Part shown: positions 25,887 through 33,115 of the stretch, one piece after another
Layout of the letters: each line of letters starts with the position of its first letter
Position numbering within the stretch: the stretch's first letter is position 1
NCBI GenBank assembly: GCA_945787125.1
Contig: CALZHW010000004.1
Location: 3,139 to 63,451 of the forward strand
From: an uncultured Ectothiorhodospiraceae bacterium
Lineage (GTDB): Bacteria; Pseudomonadota; Gammaproteobacteria; S012-40
DNA length: 60,313 bases
Direction of reading: 5' to 3'
Program-made: the position numbers and the translations under genes
The notes under the pieces: model-generated
What the model saw: only the letters and a program-made list of their open reading frames with translations
The model's database searches: none
What the model was told of the DNA's origin: nothing

Positions 25887-26954
25887 ATGAAATTTAAATC
25901 ACAACACGCCAAGCGCATATTAACACCAGATGAAATAGCGATCCGTAAGCGGTATATTGGAGCAACATTTGTAAGCTGCATCGTCTTGGCATTAATTGCT
26001 GGAACTATACATGTCTTGGAATTAGGCGCCAATCGGATGCAGGAATTACGTGATAAAGCCGGGTATGATCTGGAAGATGAGCATACCCGCATACGTGCAG
26101 CCGGTGAAGATCTCTTCAGAAACGTATTGCATGAGCGCGGGGTAACTCATACGGTCACTTATAACTCAGAAGAAGCTAGTGGGTTGTTGCCGGTTAACGA
26201 GTGGTTGCGACTGGAAACCATGGCCTTAGTACCTGCTGGTGAGTTTACTATGGGTACCGATAGTATTAAAACGGATGCGCAAAACCGTCCTGCACATATT
26301 GTCAACCTACCTGCTTATGAAATAGATAAATATACAGTTACCAACGCACAATATGCACGTTATGTTGCCGCAACAGGTTATCGAGTACCGCTTAACTGGA
26401 GCAAGGGGCGGTTCAAACCAGCGTTGGCAGTACATCCGGTCACCATGGTTTCATGGTTTGATGCAAAAGCCTACTGCGAATGGAACAACAAAAGAATGCC
26501 GACCGAAGCCGAATGGGAAAAAGCAGCGCGCGGAACCGATAGTCGCCGTTGGCCCTGGGGTAATGTAATGGATGTGAAAAAACTAAATACTTACTATAGT
26601 GTCGGCGCTACTTCGCCAGTACATGCATACCCGGAAGGCGCTAGTCCGTATGGTGTTGTGGACATGGCGGGTAATGTCATTGAGTGGGTTGCTGATAATT
26701 TTGAACCCTATCGTGATACTGAGGCACCAAAAATGATTTTTGTCGCAAAAAAACAAATTGTTTCAGATGATAAAGACGATCGTAACAAAAAGATTGCTAA
26801 GATTGTAGAAACAGACGAAAAGTACAAGTCTATGCGTGGCGGCTCCTGGAAAGGAGATCCATTTTCCACCTCTTCATTTCACAGGGGGTATTCATGGCCC
26901 AATTTAACATCTGACTTTTATGGGTTCAGATGTGCGAGAGATGCAGGCTCCTAG
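25887..26954 (+). CDS. membrane-anchored FGE-sulfatase/SUMF1-domain protein (lacks the FGE catalytic Cys pair)
   Basis: 355 aa with an N-terminal TM. Motifs: VPAGEFTMGTD, PAHIVNLPAYEIDKYTVTNAQYARYVAATGY, HPVTMVSWFDAKAYCEWNNKRMPTEAEWEKAARG, GNVIEWVAD, RGGSW and GFRCARD. The segment between RGGSW and GFRC has no Cys. Confidence 0.8.
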   Translation: MKFKSQHAKRILTPDEIAIRKRYIGATFVSCIVLALIAGTIHVLELGANRMQELRDKAGYDLEDEHTRIRAAGEDLFRNVLHERGVTHTVTYNSEEASGLLPVNEWLRLETMALVPAGEFTMGTDSIKTDAQNRPAHIVNLPAYEIDKYTVTNAQYARYVAATGYRVPLNWSKGRFKPALAVHPVTMVSWFDAKAYCEWNNKRMPTEAEWEKAARGTDSRRWPWGNVMDVKKLNTYYSVGATSPVHAYPEGASPYGVVDMAGNVIEWVADNFEPYRDTEAPKMIFVAKKQIVSDDKDDRNKKIAKIVETDEKYKSMRGGSWKGDPFSTSSFHRGYSWPNLTSDFYGFRCARDAGS

Positions 26955-27005
26955 TGCTTGGGTGAAAATAGAGTATCGTCGGTTCATTATATTGGGAGAG
27001 ACTGG

Positions 27006-27245
27006 ATGAAAAAGATTTATTTATTAATTTTAAGTATGGCAACGTTTTTGTTGTTACCTTTGAGTGCCAGTGCCGCTACTGACAGTTATCGTTGGCTGCA
27101 CGTTACGATTGATACGCCCTGGGCGATTTTTGTTTTCTTATTGCCAATGGTTCTATTCCCCGCTATTTTAATGGCAATTCTTTATTGGAGGTTTTCAGGT
27201 AAGAAAACCCCGACGAATAATTTAAAAATCAAAGAAGAAAAATAG
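27006..27245 (+). CDS. small secreted/anchored membrane protein (79 aa)
   Basis: GGGAGAG lies upstream of the ATG. Signal peptide MKKIYLLILSMATFLLLPLSASA, then one TM (WAIFVFLLPMVLFPAILMAILYW). Confidence 0.45.
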   Translation: MKKIYLLILSMATFLLLPLSASAATDSYRWLHVTIDTPWAIFVFLLPMVLFPAILMAILYWRFSGKKTPTNNLKIKEEK

Positions 27246-27257
27246 CTGGGGGTTAAA

Positions 27258-27611
27258 GTGCGGAGTTTTTTTCAGTATTCCAGAGTCATCTTGTTGTTCA
27301 TGTTACCATTTGTTGTTTTCTTTTCTCAGCCTGCTTTTTCGAATGAGCGGGCTGATGTCCTGAAGTCTTTTCATGGCTCACAACGTGGTGAGATGATCGA
27401 ATCTTATGACGAACAGCAGTTTCAACATAAAGTTATGTTTGTTATGGGTATAACTTTGTTAGTATTCATTTTACTCACCGCTGGCTTTGGTATATCAATG
27501 GCCATGCTGGGTAAAGACGTCTTTGTTCCTCATATGATCTGTGCAGGTATATCAGTATTTTTAAGCATAGGGCATGCAATAGTAGGTATTGTTTGGTTTT
27601 TTCCTTTTTGA
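27258..27611 (+). CDS. membrane protein with signal peptide and two His-containing TMs
   Basis: 117 aa, GTG start as listed. Contains QFQHKVMFVMGITLLVFILL and VPHMICAGISVFLSIGHAIVGIVWFF. Confidence 0.45.
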   Translation: MRSFFQYSRVILLFMLPFVVFFSQPAFSNERADVLKSFHGSQRGEMIESYDEQQFQHKVMFVMGITLLVFILLTAGFGISMAMLGKDVFVPHMICAGISVFLSIGHAIVGIVWFFPF

Positions 27612-27623
27612 TGAGCTGAATTC

Positions 27624-30236
27624 ATGAGTGTTAAACCAGCTCAAAGTAATGCCCTGCTTTTCTGGCTGGTGTGCATTATTTATTTTTTCACCGGTCTGAC
27701 TGCGTTAGGTTATGAAGTGCTGTGGGCTCGCATTTTATCAACCTTATTCGGCGTCAGTATTTTTGGCGTAGTTGTTACTATAAGCGCGTTCCTTGCGGGT
27801 CTGGGGGTCGGTAGCATAGTCGGTACGCGATTTTTAAAATTGATCCAGTCACCTTTGCGGCTATTTGCTGTATTAGAGATACTCGTCGCCCTATTTGCTT
27901 TCAACCTCTCTACAATTTTGACAGCACTTGATGTCAGTTTATCATCGTTTTCAGCAGAAAATTATTCGCAATGGCTGTTTGTTCAGGCGGTGGCGACTTT
28001 CGGTTTGATGTTCATTCCTGCTTTTGCTTTAGGTGTGGGTTTTCCTTTAATTCTTGCAACTCTTAAAAATAGCAAAATCAATGTAGGCACCATATATGCG
28101 CTGAACACACTCGGCGGTGTGGTAGGCGCTTTGTTGCCGCTCGTTTTATTGCCATTAGCGGGCTGGACTGTTTCCGTAAGGTTGCTTGCAATTTTTGCAA
28201 TTTTCATGGGTCTGTGTGCTTTTGCTATTAGTTTCATGTTGCCGAAGAAGTTACGCGCAGCATCAATTGTCACTCACCAGCCTTTGCCCAAACCGGGCTA
28301 CTCGGTTTTATTAATTTATGCCTGTGTTGGCGCTGGTGCAATCATGTTGCAAATAGCCTGGGCCAGATTATATGGCATGATATTGCTGCGAACCGAATAC
28401 GTGATGGCTATCATTTTAGCGACATTTTTAGTAGGAATCGGACTGGGAAGTTTATTGGCTGCGCGCGTTAAAAATGTAAAGTGGTTGGTATTATTGCCAA
28501 TGCTGGTTTGTGTTAGCGGCTTTTTAAGCTTGTACACCTTGCCATTAATGTCTGAGTGGGTGGAAGCCATAGAATATATATCGATAAGTCAGGCGATGTT
28601 AATTCAAGGTGGGTTGGTTGCCTTATTAACGTTGCCTGCAACCTTGGCTTTTGGTGCGTGGTTTCCGATGTTGGTATCTGTTTTTGGTGAAAAAGAAACA
28701 TCGAGTTCTTCACTCTACGGATTTAATGCAGTGGGCGCGGCATTGGGTGGACTGTTGGCAGGTTTTGTCATTTTGCCGTCACTTGGAACCGCACCTTTAA
28801 TTCTAATATCAATGGCGCTGATTTTGTTTGTCAGTCTTTATTGGATAAAGCAGAGCTATTATAAAGTAATGGTACTTGCCATGCTGGTGCTCGGGATCCC
28901 GGTGTTGCAACTACCCACGATTGAAAAATTATTGCCTGCAACTCATCAAGATGCGAAAAATCTATTTTTCTTTGAGGATGCAATGTCCTTAACCCATGTA
29001 GTCGAAAAAGCGAGTGGAGAGAGAATTTTGCTCGCTGATTTGCAGCGGATGGATGCGTCTACTGATCCTACTGCGGTTAGGGTTCAGAAAAATCAAGCGC
29101 GCTTACCTTTGTTGTTACATCCTAAACCAGAGAAAGTTTTGTTTCTTGGTTTGGGTACGGGAATAACAGCAGCTGGATCATTAGCGATTGAAAACCTAGA
29201 GCGAACATCGGTTGAGCTTTCCAAGGGGTCAATATGGGCAGCTGAAAATTATTTTCAACGTGTGAACGGCGATATTGGCCAAACTATGAAAATCATTCGC
29301 GATGATGCAAGACGATTTTTAAAAGCGGGGGACGAAAAATTTGACATTATTGTGGGAGATTTATTTCATCCGGATTTGATTGGTCGAAGTGAACTTCTGT
29401 CTTTACAGCAATTTGAACGCGCAAAAAACCGATTGGCGGTAGATGGCGTGTTTGTGCAATGGTTAGCGCTTAATCAGTTTGATTTAGAGACATTGAAAGT
29501 TGTGCTTGCTACTTTTCAGCAGGTGTTTCCAGATGCAGTTTTATTTATGGATGGCTTTCGTTTGGGTATGCTCGGTGTTAACGGCGAATTTTATGGCATT
29601 GAGGCGATTAATTCCCAACTAAAGTCACTTTCACCCGCCTTAGCTGGCGAACTAACCGGTGGCGAAGGCCTTTGGAGCTGGGCGGCACGTTACTGGGGTC
29701 CTATAAGAAATGTAGAGAATGCTCAAATTCAGGATGAATGGGCGCCAGTGATTGAATTCCAATTGCCAAAAGCTAAATTTAATCGACAGAATCATTTGCA
29801 TGTTTTGCTTGATTTTCTGTTAGTTAATCGTGACTCAATAACTCAAGCGAAAGAAATTATGCGAGTTACCGACGGGCAGGCTCCATACTTTGAGCAAGCA
29901 AGAATGGCGAGCGAAATGTATTATCAGAGTTGGATGGCTGCATTTTCCGGCAAAGACTCTGATAGTCAACAATTGTTAACCATGGCCTATGCAAATAATC
30001 CAGATGATCAATGGGTAAGTTTTGGGCTCGCAGATGGGATGTTTGTCAGTCTGGATCAGGCAATGAGCCAAGGTATTGAAAAAAAAGCGGCGCTATTGCG
30101 TATTTTAGAGGTGCGGCCTGACCATATTGAGGCTTTGAAGGCTTTACGCCTGCTCTATCTTGCGCAAGGTGAAAAGTCTGAAGCAGACAGAATATCCAGT
30201 GATATTATGAGCTTATCACCATTGGAGATATTTTAG
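27624..30236 (+). CDS. fused MFS-like membrane domain / spermidine-synthase-like (class I SAM-fold) / TPR protein
   Basis: 870 aa. About 12-14 TM spans in the first ~440 aa. Then VLFLGLGTGITAAGS (GxGxG nucleotide loop) and FDIIVGDLFHPD (compare spermidine synthase D(V/I)IIxD). TPR-like C-terminus (RPDHIEALKALRLLYLAQGEKSEA). Confidence 0.75.
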   Translation: MSVKPAQSNALLFWLVCIIYFFTGLTALGYEVLWARILSTLFGVSIFGVVVTISAFLAGLGVGSIVGTRFLKLIQSPLRLFAVLEILVALFAFNLSTILTALDVSLSSFSAENYSQWLFVQAVATFGLMFIPAFALGVGFPLILATLKNSKINVGTIYALNTLGGVVGALLPLVLLPLAGWTVSVRLLAIFAIFMGLCAFAISFMLPKKLRAASIVTHQPLPKPGYSVLLIYACVGAGAIMLQIAWARLYGMILLRTEYVMAIILATFLVGIGLGSLLAARVKNVKWLVLLPMLVCVSGFLSLYTLPLMSEWVEAIEYISISQAMLIQGGLVALLTLPATLAFGAWFPMLVSVFGEKETSSSSLYGFNAVGAALGGLLAGFVILPSLGTAPLILISMALILFVSLYWIKQSYYKVMVLAMLVLGIPVLQLPTIEKLLPATHQDAKNLFFFEDAMSLTHVVEKASGERILLADLQRMDASTDPTAVRVQKNQARLPLLLHPKPEKVLFLGLGTGITAAGSLAIENLERTSVELSKGSIWAAENYFQRVNGDIGQTMKIIRDDARRFLKAGDEKFDIIVGDLFHPDLIGRSELLSLQQFERAKNRLAVDGVFVQWLALNQFDLETLKVVLATFQQVFPDAVLFMDGFRLGMLGVNGEFYGIEAINSQLKSLSPALAGELTGGEGLWSWAARYWGPIRNVENAQIQDEWAPVIEFQLPKAKFNRQNHLHVLLDFLLVNRDSITQAKEIMRVTDGQAPYFEQARMASEMYYQSWMAAFSGKDSDSQQLLTMAYANNPDDQWVSFGLADGMFVSLDQAMSQGIEKKAALLRILEVRPDHIEALKALRLLYLAQGEKSEADRISSDIMSLSPLEIF

Positions 30237-30292
30237 CGGGTGTTTCTTGACGTTATTAAGCCGCTTTAACTAATTTAGTTTTATTCAGGCAT

Positions 30293-30321
30293 AAAAAAAC
30301 CCGACTAAGTCGGGTTTTTTT
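30293..30321. terminator. bidirectional rho-independent terminator
   Basis: AAAAAAACCCGAC-taa-GTCGGGTTTTTTT, with A-run and T-run flanks. Serves the + operon and the small minus-strand ORF. Confidence 0.9.
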
Positions 30322-30336
30322 GAAGCTATCCAGCAA

Positions 30337-30465
30337 TTAATCGCTTTTGTTTCTGCGCTCAATTACGTCTTGGAAAGCCCAATTAGCCATCATGTATGCA
30401 CCTACGATGATAATGCTAAAAGTAATTATTGGTACTAACATATTGATACCGAGTTCTGTAACCAT
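30337..30465 (-). CDS. 42-aa single-TM peptide, not in the ORF track
   Basis: On the minus strand, GAGGGGG lies 8 nt before the ATG. Translation: MVTELGINMLVPIITFSIIIVGAYMMANWAFQDVIERRNKSD. Ends at the bidirectional terminator. The listed + ORF 30347..30553 is its mirror artefact. Confidence 0.5.
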   Translation of the reverse strand: MVTELGINMLVPIITFSIIIVGAYMMANWAFQDVIERRNKSD

Positions 30466-30566
30466 CTTTAAATCCCCCTCAATAAAGTTGCTTGATACGC
30501 TTGATATTCTTTACAATAAGGAATACCGAAAATTCTTCTCCCAGAAAGCGTAATAGTGAATATAAC

Positions 30567-30606
30567 GAAACGGCACTGAAAAGACAAGCCTTTTCAGTGC
30601 CGTTTC
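30567..30606 (+). promoter_or_regulatory. perfect 17-bp stem hairpin immediately upstream of the ccoG-like ORF
   Basis: GAAACGGCACTGAAAAG-acaagc-CTTTTCAGTGCCGTTTC. No T-run follows. The listed GTG start is the next base. Confidence 0.5.
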
Positions 30607-31953
30607 GTGAATGCCTGTGGTAGTATAAATCCTATGAAAGCTAACGAATCACTCTCTAAAATACCGGTTTATACGGCGGGCAAGATCGGTCGCGCAGATA
30701 AATTAATATGGCTAAGAAAATCCAGTAAATCGATTGCTATATTAGTTATTATTTTGTTGCCTATTCTGGGTATATTTCGTATTGATGTGTCATCAGGATT
30801 TGTAGTGCTCGATCGGCAAATCTGGTTTTCGGATTTCAATCTGGTATTTGGTCTCTGGTTAGCGCTGGCATGTACGTTTATCCTGTTTTATTCCACCGTT
30901 GGCACTGCTTTTTGTGGATGGGTTTGCCCACAAAACACATTCTCAAATATTATGGACTCGATTACCAAGCGTTTATTAGGTAAAAGAGCGGCGATCGATT
31001 GGGAAGAAAAAAGCTCAAAAGTAGCTGCGAAAAAAAATACGGCACTTAATTGGGCTCAGCTAAGTATCGAAACATTGCTGCTATCGATGCTGGTTTCAAT
31101 TATACCTATAATCTATTTTATTCCGCCCGCTGCGATTTGGTCTTTTGTTACGCTGCAACCACATCCCATGATATCTGGATCAATTTATTGGATATATGCG
31201 GTGTTTGTGTTTATTTCCATTGTTAACCTCGCGGTTGTAAGGCATTATTTTTGTCGTTATATGTGCGTTTATCGAATGTGGCAGTTTCTTTTTAGAACGA
31301 CTGATTCACTCCATCTGGATTACGATGAAACGCGAAAAGCGGATTGCGAGAAATGCAATTATTGCGTGACATCTTGTATGGTAGATATCGATCCACGCGA
31401 TACATCAACCTTTGATAGTTGTACTAACTGCGGTGCATGTATCAGCGCATGTGACTCCATCCACACTAAAGAGGATGAAAAAGGTGGCGCTGGAAGAGGT
31501 CTGTTAAGTTTTCGTTTCGGCAAACGACGCAAGAAAGAAAATCTGGCGCAGCGCTCGATTGCCACTCTGAAAAATCGTGTTGGATGGGTGTTGCCTGTCT
31601 GGGCACTGGGTATGGCTTTATTTGTTTGGGGTCTGGTTGATTATAATCCCTATCACTTAGCGGTATATAAGTCAGAAAAAGACCAAGGTGAACAAATTGA
31701 CGAATATCGTGTCCATCTTGCTAATAAAGTATACGAAGAAGGTTTTCTTAAGATATCAGTTTCAGGACTGGCAGCCAATGAATATACGTTGACTGACTCT
31801 TCTGTCACATTAGCTGAAGCAGGACGTTATGATGCTTATATTAATATAAGTAATCAATTGAAACCTGGCCTCTACAGTTTTGTTGTCATTGCTGAATCAA
31901 GAGATGGCTGGAAAAGTGAAGCACGTATACAGCACTTTGTTAATAATGGATAA
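30607..31953 (+). CDS. ccoG: CcoG/FixG-like 4Fe-4S membrane protein (cbb3 oxidase accessory, cupric reductase family)
   Basis: 448 aa. Motifs: FCGWVCPQ, CRYMCVYR, and two ferredoxin motifs (CEKCNYCVTSC and CTNCGACISAC). C-terminal beta-rich domain. The start could be GTG 30607 or ATG 30634. Confidence 0.75.
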   Translation: MNACGSINPMKANESLSKIPVYTAGKIGRADKLIWLRKSSKSIAILVIILLPILGIFRIDVSSGFVVLDRQIWFSDFNLVFGLWLALACTFILFYSTVGTAFCGWVCPQNTFSNIMDSITKRLLGKRAAIDWEEKSSKVAAKKNTALNWAQLSIETLLLSMLVSIIPIIYFIPPAAIWSFVTLQPHPMISGSIYWIYAVFVFISIVNLAVVRHYFCRYMCVYRMWQFLFRTTDSLHLDYDETRKADCEKCNYCVTSCMVDIDPRDTSTFDSCTNCGACISACDSIHTKEDEKGGAGRGLLSFRFGKRRKKENLAQRSIATLKNRVGWVLPVWALGMALFVWGLVDYNPYHLAVYKSEKDQGEQIDEYRVHLANKVYEEGFLKISVSGLAANEYTLTDSSVTLAEAGRYDAYINISNQLKPGLYSFVVIAESRDGWKSEARIQHFVNNG

Positions 31954-31957
31954 CGTT

Positions 31958-32407
31958 ATGAATCATGATATAAGTGACAAAAAGAGTATTAAAAAAGCCA
32001 ATAAAACGCCAGGCGCAGTAGATGATACTGAGTGGGGTGAAGTCTCAGATGATAATTACGGTTATCAGGATGACCAGGAACGGCGTGATAAACGCGGGCT
32101 GGAAGATTGGGAAATGGTCACTAGTATGAGTGAATCGCAAGTCTCAATTCCCTATTGGTTTATTGCCATTTTTATAGTCTTGCTCATCGTGGCAATTGGT
32201 CTGACTTTCCCATTTTGGGGTAATCGACCGGGGTTTGAGCGGCCGTTTTTTGATTGGGGTATTCCGATGGGCGCTGCCTGGGTCATTGTTATGAGCTTTA
32301 TCATTTATTACTTTGTTGACTTAAGGTATGTGTTGCAGGACAAGAAAAAAAAGCAGCTTGAGGAGCAGAAAGGCAATCAGGCTGATAAAGATAGTGAGGC
32401 TTCATGA
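31958..32407 (+). CDS. heme-less FixP-N-terminal-like membrane protein
   Basis: 149 aa. The ATG is 4 nt after the ccoG-like stop. VSIPYWFIAIFIVLLIVAIGLTFPFWGNRPG resembles the CcoP N-terminal domain and the paralog at 23390. No CxxCH. Confidence 0.5.
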   Translation: MNHDISDKKSIKKANKTPGAVDDTEWGEVSDDNYGYQDDQERRDKRGLEDWEMVTSMSESQVSIPYWFIAIFIVLLIVAIGLTFPFWGNRPGFERPFFDWGIPMGAAWVIVMSFIIYYFVDLRYVLQDKKKKQLEEQKGNQADKDSEAS

Positions 32408-32715
32408 AAAAAATGACAGTATGTTTGATGGCTCTGGGTTTGCTTTTTGCGCTATCCGCCTGCGGTAACAATTCGTCGATATCAAGTATCAGTAGCAAGG
32501 CATTACCTGAAGAAAACTCTGCGGGCGCGAAATTACTGAAGGCTAACTGTAGTCAGTGCCACGGTGTGCCCAGTGCAACGGATCACGTTGCAGCGCATTG
32601 GCCAAACGTCATTGAGCGGATGCAAAGACATAGAATTAAAAATGCATACTACCCGGTAAAAGATCAAGACAAGCAAATAATAACAGCGTATTTGCAAAAA
32701 CATGCGGCAGAATAA
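32404..32715 (+). CDS. monoheme cytochrome c lipoprotein
   Basis: 103 aa. Lipobox LSAC, one CSQCH, and a downstream Met (VIERMQRH). Overlaps the previous stop by 4 nt. Confidence 0.7.
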   Translation: MKKMTVCLMALGLLFALSACGNNSSISSISSKALPEENSAGAKLLKANCSQCHGVPSATDHVAAHWPNVIERMQRHRIKNAYYPVKDQDKQIITAYLQKHAAE

Positions 32716-32716
32716 T

Positions 32717-33115
32717 ATGAAAACTGTTTTATTATCATTGATTTTAATGACTACTATTGCCTGTACAGGGAAAATTCCAACGACACCTCCGCAGACGTGG
32801 GGAGACTATACCTTCAGATTGGAGACCAGGCCGCCTGCGCCAATCAAAGGTATGAATGAGTTTCTCCTGATTGGCAATTTCGAAAAACGCAAAAGAGCCG
32901 TTGATTTGTTAGTGTTTTTTCGTGTTGGGCCAACCGGTAAATGGAGTCAGGCCATACAGGATGGTCATTCTGGTGTCTATCGTCGCGCGTTGAGAGTTAA
33001 TGATGTTGCGCAAGATGTTTTATATGTACATGTTAAGAAGGAAGAGGAAGAAAAGGTTTTTGAATTCCCGCTGAATTACGCTGAATTAGGCGAGTTTGTC
33101 CCCCTCGGGCAGTGA
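32717..33115 (+). CDS. FixH/YtkA-like lipoprotein
   Basis: 132 aa from the ATG 1 nt after the cytochrome stop. Lipobox TIAC. LETRPPAPIKGMNEFLLIGNF...GHSGVYRRAL resembles the FixH/YtkA beta-sandwich pattern. Confidence 0.45.
   Translation: MKTVLLSLILMTTIACTGKIPTTPPQTWGDYTFRLETRPPAPIKGMNEFLLIGNFEKRKRAVDLLVFFRVGPTGKWSQAIQDGHSGVYRRALRVNDVAQDVLYVHVKKEEEEKVFEFPLNYAELGEFVPLGQ

Noticed and set aside
30347-30553. 68-aa plus-strand ORF between the fused MFS/spermidine-synthase gene and the ccoG-like gene.
   Set aside because: It starts right after a strong terminator and has no SD sequence. The opposite strand holds a 42-aa TM peptide ORF with a GAGGGGG SD sequence that ends at the same bidirectional terminator. 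I preferred the minus-strand reading.
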